A stretch of DNA of 64,000 bases from Thalassobaculum sp. (GTDB lineage: Bacteria; Pseudomonadota; Alphaproteobacteria; Thalassobaculales; Thalassobaculaceae). Position 1 is the stretch's first letter. Each line of letters starts with the position of its first letter. Under the pieces are notes generated by a model. That model made no database searches. It was not told the origin of the DNA and saw only the letters and a list, made by a program, of their open reading frames with translations. Of the stretch, positions 43,938-54,036 are shown piece after piece. The stretch lies in NCBI RefSeq assembly GCF_040219215.1, contig NZ_JAVJSX010000024.1:32403-96402 (forward strand), in the 5' to 3' direction. Both the position numbers and the translations under genes were made by a program.

Positions 43938-45305
43938 TCAGATGATCTCGAAGTAGCGCTGCATCTCCCAGTCGGTGACCGCCCGCCGGAACTCACGCTC
44001 CTCCCACTCGCGGGTGGCGGCGAAATGCTCGACGAACGCATCGCCGAACAGCGCCCGGCCGGCCTTCGACTTCTTCATCCGCTGGGCTGCGTCCCACAAG
44101 GTGCGCGGCAGCGCCAGCTTGGCCGGGAACGTCTTGTCGTAGGCGTTGCCGACCACGCCGGGGCCGGGCTCGATCTTGTTCTCGATGCCCCACAGGCCGG
44201 AGCCAAGGGCGGCGGCCATCGCCAGGTACGGATTGGAATCGGCGCTGCCGACCCGGTACTCGACCCGCTGGGCCGACGGCGACCCGGTGATCGCCCGCAG
44301 CGCGGTGGTGCGGTTGTCGGCCCCCCAGGTCGCATCGGTCGGCGCCCAGAAGCCGGGAATCAGCCGGGTGTAGGCGTTCACAGTCGATGCGGTCATCGCC
44401 AGCAGTTCCGGCATCAGCGCCTGCTGCCCCCCGATGAACCAGCGCATGGTGTCGGACAGGGTGTCCGGAGCCTTGGCGTCGTGGAACACCGGCTTGCCCT
44501 TCTTATCGGTCAGCGACAGGTGGATGTGGCCGGACTGACCGGGAACGTTCATCGACCACTTGGCCATGAACGTCGCCATCAGTTCGTGGCGCTGGAAGAA
44601 CACCTTGGCGAAGGTCTTGAACAGGGCGGCCCGGTCGGCAGCTTCCAGCGCATCCGATACCTGGATGGCAGCCTCCAGCACGCCGGGTCCGGTCTCGGTG
44701 TGCAGGCCCTCGATCGGGATGCCCATCTGCTCCATGGTCTCGATGAACATCAGGTGCAGATCGGCGTGCACCGACGAACGCAGGGCCGAATAGCCGAAGA
44801 ACCCGGGAGTCAACGGCTTCAAGTTCTTGTAGTTCTTGGCGCGGATCGACTCCGGAGTCTCGTCGAACAGGAAGAACTCGTACTCGCAGGCCGCCTTGAC
44901 GCCGAAGCCCATGCCGGCGGCCTTGTCGATCATCCGTCGCAGGGCCGCGCGCGGGCAGACATGCTCCCACTTGCCAGCGAACTCGGACAGAACGAACAGC
45001 ATGTCCGGTTCGAACGGGACGTCGCGGCAGGTGTCGGGCAGCAGCCGCAACTCGGCATCGGGATAGCCAGTGTGCCAGCCGGTGACCTGGACGTTGTCGT
45101 AGAGTTGGTCGTTGGAGTCCCAGCCCAGCACCACGTCGCAGAAGCCGTAACCCTTCTTCAGCGCGCCTTCGAACTTGTCACGGCCCATCCATTTGCCGCG
45201 CAGGATGCCGTCGATGTCGAACACCCCGACCTTGACGTGCGACAGCCGCCGCTCATCCACCAGCGCCATCGCCTGCTCGACGGTTTTGACCTCGCTCGGC
45301 TCCAT
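43938..45305 (-). CDS. Glutamine synthetase family protein (gamma-glutamyl-amine ligase type)
   Basis: 455 aa. ...VKVGVFDIDGILRGKWM..., ...YEFFLFDE..., ...GQSGHIHLSL... and ...NRTTALR... are GS catalytic-domain motifs. Confidence 0.85.
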   Translation of the reverse strand: MEPSEVKTVEQAMALVDERRLSHVKVGVFDIDGILRGKWMGRDKFEGALKKGYGFCDVVLGWDSNDQLYDNVQVTGWHTGYPDAELRLLPDTCRDVPFEPDMLFVLSEFAGKWEHVCPRAALRRMIDKAAGMGFGVKAACEYEFFLFDETPESIRAKNYKNLKPLTPGFFGYSALRSSVHADLHLMFIETMEQMGIPIEGLHTETGPGVLEAAIQVSDALEAADRAALFKTFAKVFFQRHELMATFMAKWSMNVPGQSGHIHLSLTDKKGKPVFHDAKAPDTLSDTMRWFIGGQQALMPELLAMTASTVNAYTRLIPGFWAPTDATWGADNRTTALRAITGSPSAQRVEYRVGSADSNPYLAMAAALGSGLWGIENKIEPGPGVVGNAYDKTFPAKLALPRTLWDAAQRMKKSKAGRALFGDAFVEHFAATREWEEREFRRAVTDWEMQRYFEII

Positions 45306-45431
45306 GCGTCACAGTCTCCCGGTTGCTCACCGGCGCCCCCGCGCCGACCCAGAACTCTTACGACAATCGGGATGCCTTCGAAAGCGTCCACGCACGCCGG
45401 CCCTCACAGGAAGTCGGCCAGGGAGAGAACG

Positions 45432-46079
45432 ATGACCGACCTTACCGAGCGCCTCGCAGCCTGCTACGCCAGCGCCGTACACGACGTGCTGCGCGCCAAG
45501 GGATACGGCAACCAGGTGCTGCCAACCTCGATCCGCGCGCTCGACCCGAGCCGACGGCTCGCCGGCGAGATCCACACGATCTCCGGCCACGTCGACCAGA
45601 CCCTGTCGCGCCACGAGACGCTGCTGCGCTGGAGCCAGGTGCTGTCACGGGTGCCACGCGGGAAGGTCCTGGTGTGCCAGCCGAATACCAAGGCGATCGC
45701 GCTGATGGGCGAGTTGTCGGCGCAGGCGCTGCGGGTCAAGGAGACCCGCGGGTACGTCGTCGACGGTCATTGCCGCGACACGGATTTCATCCTGGATATG
45801 GGGTTCCCGGTATTCTGCGAGGCCAACACCCCGGCCGACATCGTGGAGCGCTGGACCTACGACCAGCTGGGCGAACCGATCACCATTGGCACCGTCACCA
45901 TCCGCTCAGGCGACTGGCTGCTCGGCGATCGCGATGGGGTCATCATCATCCCGAAGGAAATCGCCGAGGAAGCGGTCACCGAGACCGAAGCGGTGATGAG
46001 CACCGAGGGCGAGATGCGCCGGGCCATCATGGATGGCATGGACGCCGAGCAGGCATACCTGAAGTTCGGGAAGTTCTGA
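45432..46079 (+). CDS. RraA family protein (4-hydroxy-4-methyl-2-oxoglutarate aldolase / oxaloacetate decarboxylase-like)
   Basis: ATG at 45432 inside the long shadow ORF 44025..46079. ...ALMGELSAQALRVKETRGYVVDGHCRDTD...GDWLLGDRDGVIIIP... is typical of RraA/DlpA proteins. Confidence 0.8.
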   Translation: MTDLTERLAACYASAVHDVLRAKGYGNQVLPTSIRALDPSRRLAGEIHTISGHVDQTLSRHETLLRWSQVLSRVPRGKVLVCQPNTKAIALMGELSAQALRVKETRGYVVDGHCRDTDFILDMGFPVFCEANTPADIVERWTYDQLGEPITIGTVTIRSGDWLLGDRDGVIIIPKEIAEEAVTETEAVMSTEGEMRRAIMDGMDAEQAYLKFGKF

Positions 46080-46111
46080 CCAGCGTCAACGCAGGAGTCG
46101 TCTGAAGGACC

Positions 46112-46690
46112 CTACAACCAAGGCTCCACCGGCGGATCGACCCGTGGCCTCGGCTCGATCAGGGTGTCCACATGGCCGCCGGGGACGCCGGCCCCGATGT
46201 CGATGAACTGGCGTTCGTGCAGGACGTACCGGACCAGCCGGCCCAGGCTGGCAGGGTGATGCATCGCGTCGCCGACGATCACGTCCGCGAACATCACCAT
46301 CGGGCCTCCCGTCTCGCTGAACCTGAACGGCAGCCCCACCGCCTCGATCAGCGTTGAAAGCCCGGATTCGAAAGTGTTGCTCATGACCACCCGCATCCCG
46401 CACGGGTGCTGATAGGGGGTCAGGAGTCCCCGATAGGCTTCGTCACGGCGTTCGGGGGTCACGAAGCCCAGGTAGTCCTCACCGGTCGGATCCTTGCCGT
46501 AACGCTGGGCCACCTTGGTGCCGACCAGCCGAAGCCGGGAAATCCCAGACTCGCGCAGGTCATGCATCTCCAGATACGGGAGCAGGCTCGGCACGGCGGC
46601 CGGATCGAACGACGCACGGATCGGAATCAAGTCCACGTGCGGCAGCGTCCACCAGTGCTCGAGCCACCGTCTGCTGACCAGCGACATCAT
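46112..46690 (-). CDS. PAS domain-containing protein (DUF1457-like)
   Basis: Internal ATG at 46690: MMSLVSRRWLEHWWTLPHVDLIPIRASFDPAAVPSLLPYLEMHDL...LRLVGTKVAQRYGKDPTGEDYL.... Similar organisation to the partial gene at the window end. Confidence 0.6.
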   Translation of the reverse strand: MMSLVSRRWLEHWWTLPHVDLIPIRASFDPAAVPSLLPYLEMHDLRESGISRLRLVGTKVAQRYGKDPTGEDYLGFVTPERRDEAYRGLLTPYQHPCGMRVVMSNTFESGLSTLIEAVGLPFRFSETGGPMVMFADVIVGDAMHHPASLGRLVRYVLHERQFIDIGAGVPGGHVDTLIEPRPRVDPPVEPWL

Positions 46691-46926
46691 GCCGAGTTCT
46701 GGGAGAGCCGGACGTCCGTTCAACACGCTCACCGGTGGCCGATTGCAGGCGCGCCCCACAATTCGCCTGATCCGTGTCACCCTAGTTCGCGGCCAGATCA
46801 ACGTCCACTGCGTTCGAGGCGTGGAGCGATCCAGACATCGGCCGCGGCGGCGATCGCAACAGCCCGCCCAAAACGACGACGCCCGCCTTGCGGCGGGCGT
46901 CAAACTCTCATCGTTCCGGAGCCGGA

Positions 46927-47223
46927 TCAGGCAGCGGCAGAGCGCGCCTGAACCTTCTCGATCCGCTTCTTCAGCCGACGGGCTTCCTGTGACAGGTCCG
47001 CGGCTTTCGCCTTGGCCAGGAACGCATCCAGGCCACCGTTGTGCTCAACCGTGCGGATCGCGCTGGTCGACAGCTTCAGACGTACCATCTGGCCGAGAAC
47101 GTCGGACAGCAGCGCCGTCTCCTGGATGTTCGGCAGGAAACGCCGGCGGGTCTTGTTGTTGGCGTGGCTGACGTTGTTGCCGGTCAGCACGCCCTTGCCG
47201 GTAAGTTCGCAACGTCGCGCCAT
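46927..47223 (-). CDS. rpmB: 50S ribosomal protein L28
   Basis: [34 protein letters not shown].... Confidence 0.95.
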   Translation of the reverse strand: MARRCELTGKGVLTGNNVSHANNKTRRRFLPNIQETALLSDVLGQMVRLKLSTSAIRTVEHNGGLDAFLAKAKAADLSQEARRLKKRIEKVQARSAAA

Positions 47224-47442
47224 GGATCGCTCCTTCGTCTCGGCCCGGGGCCGAGCGCCTCCGGAAACCACAAAAACAGGGGCGCCGCCTGACAAAGGGC
47301 GGCGCGGAGCCGGCGATATACGCGAGGCCGCGGTGGGCGTCAAGCGCGTGACGGCGCTCGCAACACCGTAAAACGGCAATTGCCCCGGCGGCCAGCACCC
47401 CTCTATCGTCCCGAGCCAACCCATCCGATTGGAGCCAGGCCC

Positions 47443-47922
47443 GTGGCCCTGAAACCAAGCGCCCAGCGCGTCCAGGATCTGCTCACCAAACGCGGCCTTG
47501 CGCTGATGGTGGTGGAGATGCCCGACTCAACACGCACCTCTGAGGAAGCCGCAGCGGCGTGCGGCTGTACGGTCGCCCAGATCGGCAAGTCGATGGTGTT
47601 CCAGGCCAAGGACAGCGGGCAGCCGGTGCTGGTGGTGGCAAGCGGTCCGAACCGGGTCGACGAGAAGAAGGTCGCAGCCGCCCTCGGCGAGAAGATCCGC
47701 CGGGCCGATGCCGACTTCGTGCGCGAAGCCACCGGCTTCGCCATCGGCGGCGTCGCGCCGGTCGGCCATACGATCGATCCGGTCGTCTACCTTGACGCCG
47801 ATCTCATGGCGCTGGAGCGGATCTGGTGCGCCGCCGGGACGCCGAACGCCGTATTCGAGCTGACGCCCGACATCCTGCGCTCCCTGACCGGCGGCACCGT
47901 ATTGGATGTCCGCAAGGACTGA
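47443..47922 (+). CDS. YbaK/EbsC family aminoacyl-tRNA deacylase-like protein
   Basis: GTG at 47443 with GGAG 9 nt upstream. ...[20 protein letters not shown]...[11 protein letters not shown]...[12 protein letters not shown].... Confidence 0.75.
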   Translation: MALKPSAQRVQDLLTKRGLALMVVEMPDSTRTSEEAAAACGCTVAQIGKSMVFQAKDSGQPVLVVASGPNRVDEKKVAAALGEKIRRADADFVREATGFAIGGVAPVGHTIDPVVYLDADLMALERIWCAAGTPNAVFELTPDILRSLTGGTVLDVRKD

Positions 47923-48435
47923 TCAACCCGTGTTCTCGTAGGCCATCGGCGGCAGTTGGGGTCCGACCCGCACGCTCGGCCCGGCCATCACCATCTTCGA
48001 CTTCACCGGCGAAGACAGGACGATCGACGTGGTCGTCTCGCCATAGGTGCGCAACTGAGCGATGACATGCTCAAGATGCACCATCGAGGACACGATCACC
48101 TTGATCATGAAGCTGTCCTGGCCGGTCACGTGATGGCACTCCTGAACCTCGGCCAGGGTATGCGCCACGGTTGCGATCCGGCCGTGATGTTCGCCGGTGA
48201 CCTTCAGGTGGATGAACGCGGTCGTCGGGTAGCCAAGCTTCGAGGGTTCGACCAGGCAGCGATAGCCGGTGATGACCCCGGCGTCCTCCATCCGGCGCAC
48301 CCGTTCGGCCACGGCCGGCGACGACAGGCCAACCCGCCGGCCCAACTCGCTGAACGAGAGGCGCGCATCCTCCTGCAGGACACGAAGGAGCTGCCAGCCG
48401 ACTTTGTCGAGCTGACCATCCAGTTCACCCGCCAT
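47923..48435 (-). CDS. Lrp/AsnC family transcriptional regulator
   Basis: ...LDKVGWQLLRVLQEDARLSFSELGRRVGLSSPAVAERVRRMEDAGVITGY... is the HTH plus RAM domain. AT-rich upstream region at 48436-48500. Confidence 0.9.
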   Translation of the reverse strand: MAGELDGQLDKVGWQLLRVLQEDARLSFSELGRRVGLSSPAVAERVRRMEDAGVITGYRCLVEPSKLGYPTTAFIHLKVTGEHHGRIATVAHTLAEVQECHHVTGQDSFMIKVIVSSMVHLEHVIAQLRTYGETTTSIVLSSPVKSKMVMAGPSVRVGPQLPPMAYENTG

Positions 48436-48522
48436 GCTTAAAAACCTTTTGTTTCAAAAGCCTAGATATTGTATTGGATTTTCGGGCACGGCACAAGCAA
48501 GCGACCAGAGGCGGTCCTTCGG

Positions 48523-49395
48523 CTACCACGCCAGTCGCGCCGAGACCCACCGCGGCTGTGGCCCCGGGGTCGCCAGAAAGGTCGCAACGCCAGCCTCCGA
48601 AAGCTGACCACCGTCCAACAGTTCCTCGTGATGGACGCCGTCGGCCAGCAGCAGCGAGTCGATGCCGGCTGCCACCGCACCCGCCACGTCGGTTGCCCGA
48701 TTGTCGCCGACCACCAGGACCCGATCCGCCGCCACGCCAAGCGTCGCGATTGACCGTTCGAACACCGGAGCGTGCGGTTTGCCGTGGTAGTGGACCCGCC
48801 CGCCCAGCGCCTCGTACCGGTCGGCGAGGGCGCCGGCGTGGATCTTCAGGACCCCTCGATCCACCACGACCCGGTCCGGGTTGGCGCACACCATGACCAG
48901 TCGGCGCGCGGCACCCCGGCGCAGGGCGTTTTCGTAGAGACTGACCGTGTCGGTCTCGCCCTCGGGCCCGGCGTTCAGGATCCAGTCCGCCGCATCCAGG
49001 TCGTCGGTCGGCTGAAATCCGGTGCCGGGCAGGATGTCCGGTACCCGGCTCGGTGCAAAGCCGAAGGCCAGAGGCCCGAGTCCGGCGTGGAACGCATCTG
49101 GACGGTCTCTCAGATAACGGTGGCTCTCTCCACCCGACGTGATGATCTCGCGGTACAGGTCGTCGTTGATGCCGATTCGCCGCAGGCGATCGGCCACCAC
49201 CGATGGTCGCCGAGGCGAGTTCGACAGCACCACGACCGCCTTGCCGGCCTGTGCCAGCAGGCGCAGAACATCCAGCGCAGCGGGGAAAACATCGCCGCCA
49301 TCATACAGCGTGCCCCAGACGTCGAACACATAGCCGTCATACCGGTCGGCGATGGCCGCCAGACCGTCGATCCTCTCGTACATCCCCGTCCTCAC
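48523..49395 (-). CDS. HAD-superfamily class IIA hydrolase (TIGR01459-like)
   Basis: ...YDGYVFDVWGTLYDGG...VVVLSNSPR...VVGDNRATDVAGA.... Confidence 0.85.
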   Translation of the reverse strand: MRTGMYERIDGLAAIADRYDGYVFDVWGTLYDGGDVFPAALDVLRLLAQAGKAVVVLSNSPRRPSVVADRLRRIGINDDLYREIITSGGESHRYLRDRPDAFHAGLGPLAFGFAPSRVPDILPGTGFQPTDDLDAADWILNAGPEGETDTVSLYENALRRGAARRLVMVCANPDRVVVDRGVLKIHAGALADRYEALGGRVHYHGKPHAPVFERSIATLGVAADRVLVVGDNRATDVAGAVAAGIDSLLLADGVHHEELLDGGQLSEAGVATFLATPGPQPRWVSARLAW

Positions 49396-49401
49396 GGTTG
49401 A

Positions 49402-50682
49402 TCAGCCGGTACCGGCCAGCGGCCGAGGCTCCCCGAACAGATAGCCCTGGCCGAAATCCACCCGCAACTCCAGAAGGTCGAGCAGCATGTCCTCGCTCTC
49501 GATCTTCTCCACGATCAGGTCCATGGCGTTGCGGTCCAGCGCGCCCTTGAGCGCCCGCATGTCCAGGATCGGATCGTCGCCGCGCGCCAGTTCGTGCAGC
49601 ATGTGCGCCCCGACCTTGATGTAGCGGAAGCCCTGGGACGCCAGGTCCGGGAGGTCGAGGTCCATGTCGGTCACCTGGTCCAGCGAGAACCGGTAGCCGA
49701 AGCCGCGCAGCCGCTGCAGGTTGACCCGGGTCAGGTAGTCGCCGGCATCGATGCTGGCCTGGTCGAACTCGAAGATCAGTGTTTCGGCGAGTTGCTTGTT
49801 CTCCGCCATGAAACCGATGAAGTCCTGGAAGAAATCGGCGTCCGTCAGGGAAGCGCTGGAGATGTTGCAGAAGAACCCGACATCCGGCTGGTCGCGCCGC
49901 GCCCGGCGGACGATCTGCACGCACCGCACCAGTAGCAGGTTGTCGATCGCCGCCATAAGGCCGGCACGCTCCGCCACCGGAATGTACTGCTCTGGCAGGA
50001 TCACGCCGCCACCGTCGGTGACGATGCGGGAGTAGCATTCATAGAACCGGCGCCGGCGCTGCGGCAGGGTCACCACCGGCTGGATATAGAGTTCGACCTT
50101 CTCCTCGCGCAGCCCCCGCTCGATCGCCTCCAGCAGTTGCGCTTCCCCCAGGACGATGGTTGGAGCCGTCGACCGCTTGATCTCGGCGGATCCGGACCCC
50201 GCTCCGGCCTTGCCATCCGGTGCCGCCAGCGCCTTCCCGGTGACCGCGGCTTCCTTCTTCTCCGACAACTGCTTGAGCAGGCCACCCAGGACCTTGAGCT
50301 CCGACGACAGCTTGTCGGCGTCGGGCATGTCGTCGAAGCGCAGGTGCAGCGTTTCCAGGTCGGCGCGCGTGGCCTCTGCCTCGATCCGCAGTTCCTCGAT
50401 GTCATGGGTCAGTTCGCGAACCCGCCGTTCCAGTACCCGGGTCCGGCGTTTCAGCCAAACCACCAGATGGACCACGCCGCCGACCACCGCGATGGCCATC
50501 CCGACCGGCAGGGCCGGCGCCAGCGCCAGATACTCGGCTCCAGCACCACCCGCGGCGGCGAGGGCCAAGTACAGAGCGGCAATCAGGACGTGGCCCAGTA
50601 TGGCGATGCTCCTATCCGTCGGCGAGCCGGTCGGCGTCGAGTCCGACCGCGTCCTCGATCCGCGCCAAGCCGTCCGCCGCAA
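49402..50682 (-). CDS. Membrane-anchored coiled-coil protein with a degenerate EAL domain
   Basis: N-terminal TM helices, a coiled coil, then an EAL-type domain (...VELYIQPVV...FYECYSRI...IPVAERAGL...FCNISS...IFEFDQ...FSLDQV...VEKIES...GQGYLFG). No in-frame ATG, GTG or TTG start was seen downstream of 50682 until M62 at about 50500, so the call keeps 50682, which overlaps pyrD by 71 nt. Confidence 0.75.
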   Translation of the reverse strand: MRRTAWRGSRTRSDSTPTGSPTDRSIAILGHVLIAALYLALAAAGGAGAEYLALAPALPVGMAIAVVGGVVHLVVWLKRRTRVLERRVRELTHDIEELRIEAEATRADLETLHLRFDDMPDADKLSSELKVLGGLLKQLSEKKEAAVTGKALAAPDGKAGAGSGSAEIKRSTAPTIVLGEAQLLEAIERGLREEKVELYIQPVVTLPQRRRRFYECYSRIVTDGGGVILPEQYIPVAERAGLMAAIDNLLLVRCVQIVRRARRDQPDVGFFCNISSASLTDADFFQDFIGFMAENKQLAETLIFEFDQASIDAGDYLTRVNLQRLRGFGYRFSLDQVTDMDLDLPDLASQGFRYIKVGAHMLHELARGDDPILDMRALKGALDRNAMDLIVEKIESEDMLLDLLELRVDFGQGYLFGEPRPLAGTG

Positions 50683-51685
50683 GCAATGCCGCTAGATCGT
50701 CGCGGATGCGCCGGAACAGCCCCGGACCGTTATACACCAGTGCTGTGTAGAGCTGCACCAGCCGGGCACCGGCGCGGATCTTGGCATACGCCGTCGCTCC
50801 ATCCTCTATGCCGCCGACACCGACCAGCGGCAGCCGGCCAGCGGCCGCACGGTAGGCATGGGCAAGGACCCGGGTGGAGGGTGAGAACAGGGGCCGGCCG
50901 CTCAACCCGCCGGCCTCGCGCTGCGCCCGGCTTCGCAGCGAATCGGGCCGGGCGATCGTGGTGTTCGAGACGATCAGGCCATCGACCCGGCATTCGATCG
51001 CGGTCTCGACGATTGCCTGGAGCTGCCCTTCAGCGAGGTCCGGAGCGATCTTCAACAACACCGGCGGCAGCGCCTCGCTGCACACTTCGGCCCGTACCTG
51101 CAACGCCGCCGTCAGCAGGCGACCAAGCGGCCCCTCGCCCTGCAGGTCGCGCAGTCCCGGGGTATTCGGCGAGGAGACGTTGATCGTCACATAGTCGGCG
51201 AGCGGCGCCAGCCGACGCATCCCCAGGACATAGTCGTCGACCGGATCGGGGGTGTCCTTGTTGGCGCCGATGTTGATGCCGACAATGCCGCTCCGCCGGT
51301 CACGATCAACCAGCCGCGCTCTCGCCACTTCCAGACCGGCGTTGTTGAAGCCGTTGCGGTTGATCACCGCCCGGTCGTCAGGCAGGCGAAACAGCCTCGG
51401 CCTGGGGTTTCCGGCCTGCGGCCGCGGCGTGACGGTCCCGACCTCGACCGCTCCGACGCCGAGCCGCTGCAGGCCGCGCCAGCACTCCGCGGATTTGTCG
51501 AAGCCAGCGGCCATGCAGACGGGGTGCGCGAAATCCAGTTTCCAGATCCGCTGGCGCAGCGCCGACGGCGCCTGCGAACGGTCGACGGGTCCAAGCCCGG
51601 CACCGAGCGTGCGGACGGTGATGCGATGCGCGGTTTCCGGATCGAGGCACCGCATCGCCGGCATGGCGAGGTCAAACAGGCTCAT
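50612..51685 (-). CDS. pyrD: Dihydroorotate dehydrogenase (quinone), class 2
   Basis: ATG at 51685 gives MSLFDLAMPAMRCLDPETAHRITV...GFDK...GAVEVGTVTP...NRNGFNN...GINIGANK...VSSPNTPGLR.... Confidence 0.95.
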   Translation of the reverse strand: MSLFDLAMPAMRCLDPETAHRITVRTLGAGLGPVDRSQAPSALRQRIWKLDFAHPVCMAAGFDKSAECWRGLQRLGVGAVEVGTVTPRPQAGNPRPRLFRLPDDRAVINRNGFNNAGLEVARARLVDRDRRSGIVGINIGANKDTPDPVDDYVLGMRRLAPLADYVTINVSSPNTPGLRDLQGEGPLGRLLTAALQVRAEVCSEALPPVLLKIAPDLAEGQLQAIVETAIECRVDGLIVSNTTIARPDSLRSRAQREAGGLSGRPLFSPSTRVLAHAYRAAAGRLPLVGVGGIEDGATAYAKIRAGARLVQLYTALVYNGPGLFRRIRDDLAALLAADGLARIEDAVGLDADRLADG

Positions 51686-51868
51686 GGCGCCGGACGGTAA
51701 TCGCGGGTGCCGCAGGCGGCAAGCGCTGGAGTACATCCGCGATCACTTCACGAGCGATCTTCATTGAACGCAACAATGCATTCATTGATAAATCCATTAG
51801 AACAAGCTATGGAAACGCACCGCGCGGACAACGCCGCGCCCAGGTTCGAACGAAAGGCAGGGTGTGGC

Positions 51869-52972
51869 ATGCGAAAGACATTCAAGATCGCGGTGTTCGG
51901 CGGTGACGGGATCGGTCCGGAGATCATGGCACCCACCGTCAGGCTGCTGCAGGGCATTGCCCGCGAGTCCGAGACTCTGGCCTTTCAGTTCCACGAGGTT
52001 GCCGCCGGTGCCGCGCACTACCGCGCCACCGGCGAGTCGCTGCCGGAAGCGTCGCTGGATACCGCGCGCAAGTCCGATGCGATCCTGCTGTCCGCCATGG
52101 GGCTGCCGGAGGTGCGCTATCCCGACGGCACCGAGATCTCACCGCAGATCGAACTGCGGATGAAGCTCGGCCTGTACGCCGGGGTACGCCCGGTGTTCGT
52201 GCAGCCCGGCCAGGACGTGCCGCTCAAGTCGCGCCGGGTAACCGACATCGACTTCGTGATCATCCGCGAATCGACGGAAGGGTTGTTCGCCTCGCACGGC
52301 AAGGGCGTGGTCGAAGACGACCGAGAGGCCCGAGAGACCCTGGTCATCACCCGGGCGATCTCGGAGAAACTGTTCGACTTCGCATTCAAACTGGCCCGCC
52401 AACGCCAGCAGTCCGGGCGCGGCCAGGGCCTGGTGCACTGCGTCGACAAGGCGAACGTGTTCCAGGCCTTCGCGTTCTTCCGCAAGATCTTCTTCGAGCG
52501 TGCCCAGGCGTATCCCGAGATCAAGGCGGAGACCGCCTATGTCGACGCCACGGCGCTGTGGATGGTCCAGAAGCCCTGGATGTTCGATGTCCTGGTGACC
52601 GAGAACATGTTCGGCGACATCCTGTCCGACCTGGGCGCCGGTTTGATGGGAAGCCTGGGACTGGCCCCGTCGGCGGATATCGGCGACCATCACGCGGTGT
52701 TCCAGCCCTGCCACGGCAGCGCACCGGACATCGCCGGCAAGGGCATCGCCAACCCGATGGCAATGATCCTGTCAGCGGCGATGATGCTGGAGTGGCTCGG
52801 CCATGAACACGGCAACACGGAGGCGATCGCCATGGGCGATGCGTTGCGCACCGCCGTATCGGATGTCCTGGTCGAGGGCCGCACACTGACGGCCGACCTC
52901 GGCGGATCGGCGCGTACCGACATGGTCGCCGGCGCGGTTGCCGCCGCCTACAAGATGCGGGTACCCGCATGA
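51869..52972 (+). CDS. Isocitrate/isopropylmalate dehydrogenase family protein (tartrate or 3-isopropylmalate dehydrogenase-like)
   Basis: ATG at 51869 gives MRKTFKIAVFGGDGIGPEIM...IIRESTEGLF...NMFGDILSDLGAGLMGSLGLAPSA...PCHGSAPDIAGKGIANP.... Confidence 0.85.
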   Translation: MRKTFKIAVFGGDGIGPEIMAPTVRLLQGIARESETLAFQFHEVAAGAAHYRATGESLPEASLDTARKSDAILLSAMGLPEVRYPDGTEISPQIELRMKLGLYAGVRPVFVQPGQDVPLKSRRVTDIDFVIIRESTEGLFASHGKGVVEDDREARETLVITRAISEKLFDFAFKLARQRQQSGRGQGLVHCVDKANVFQAFAFFRKIFFERAQAYPEIKAETAYVDATALWMVQKPWMFDVLVTENMFGDILSDLGAGLMGSLGLAPSADIGDHHAVFQPCHGSAPDIAGKGIANPMAMILSAAMMLEWLGHEHGNTEAIAMGDALRTAVSDVLVEGRTLTADLGGSARTDMVAGAVAAAYKMRVPA

Positions 52973-54036
52973 CCGACACGGACGCCCCGTTGAAGGCCGT
53001 CACCGTCGGCGCGGGCTACTTCGCCGGCTTTCACGTCGACGGTTGGCTGCGAAACCCTGACGTCACGTTCGCCGGGCTGGCCGACGTCGACCGGGACAAG
53101 GCTTCGGACATGCTGGAGGCCCGGGCCGGTCCCGACCACGGGGTCACCGTGGATTCCGACGCTACCCGGCTGTTCGACGAGATCGGGCCCGACATCATCG
53201 ACATCGCCACCCCGCCGCCGGCGCATTTTGCGCTGATCAAGAAGGCGCTGGAAACCGGGGCGCGGGCGATCATCTGCCAGAAGCCGTTCTGCACCTCGCT
53301 GGAGGAAGCACGTCAAGCGGTGCGCCTGATCGAACGGCACGGCGGACTGGTCGTGGTGCACGAGAACTTCCGATTCCAGCCGTGGTACCGGGCCATCCGA
53401 CAGGAGTTGTCCAATGGCCGGGTCGGCGAACTGTATCAGGTCTCCTTCCGGATGCGGCCCGGCGACGGGCGTGGCCCCGACGCCTATCTGTCGCGCCAGC
53501 CCTACTTCCAGAAGATGGAGCGGTTCCTGATCCACGAGACCGCGGTGCACTGGATCGACACCTTCCGGTATCTGATGGGCGAACCGGACTCGGTGTTCGC
53601 CGACCTGCGCCGGCTCAATCCGGTGATCGCCGGCGAGGATGCCGGGTTCCTGCTGTTCCGCTACCGGGACGGGCGGCGGGCGGTGTTCGACGGCAACCGC
53701 CTGACCGACCATGTCGCCGACAACACGCGGTTCACCATGGGAGAGTGTCTGATCGAAGGGTCGGACGGACAGATCGCGCTCGACGGCTTCGGCGACCTGA
53801 CTTTTCGCAGCACCGGCAGTCATGAGTGGCAGCCGATCGGCGGCGGCTTTTCCCAGGCCGGGTTCGGCGGCGACAGTGTGTTCGCGTTGCAGAAGCACGT
53901 CAGCGACCACCTGCTGACCGGCAGCCCGATCGAGAACGACGCGGCGAGCTACCTGCGCAATATCGAGATCGAGTATGCGCTGTATGACTCCGCCGCGGCC
54001 GGACGCGTCGTCGATCTTGGAGCGAAGAATCCATGA
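52969..54036 (+). CDS. Gfo/Idh/MocA family oxidoreductase
   Basis: 355 aa. ...VTVGAGYFAGFH... Rossmann N-terminus and ...IICQKPF... motif. ATGA overlap with the preceding gene. Confidence 0.8.
   Translation: MTDTDAPLKAVTVGAGYFAGFHVDGWLRNPDVTFAGLADVDRDKASDMLEARAGPDHGVTVDSDATRLFDEIGPDIIDIATPPPAHFALIKKALETGARAIICQKPFCTSLEEARQAVRLIERHGGLVVVHENFRFQPWYRAIRQELSNGRVGELYQVSFRMRPGDGRGPDAYLSRQPYFQKMERFLIHETAVHWIDTFRYLMGEPDSVFADLRRLNPVIAGEDAGFLLFRYRDGRRAVFDGNRLTDHVADNTRFTMGECLIEGSDGQIALDGFGDLTFRSTGSHEWQPIGGGFSQAGFGGDSVFALQKHVSDHLLTGSPIENDAASYLRNIEIEYALYDSAAAGRVVDLGAKNP

Noticed and set aside
44025-46079. 684-aa plus-strand ORF.
   Set aside because: Its first roughly 470 residues are antisense junk over the glutamine-synthetase-like gene. 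Only the last 215 aa (from the ATG at 45432) form the RraA-family protein.
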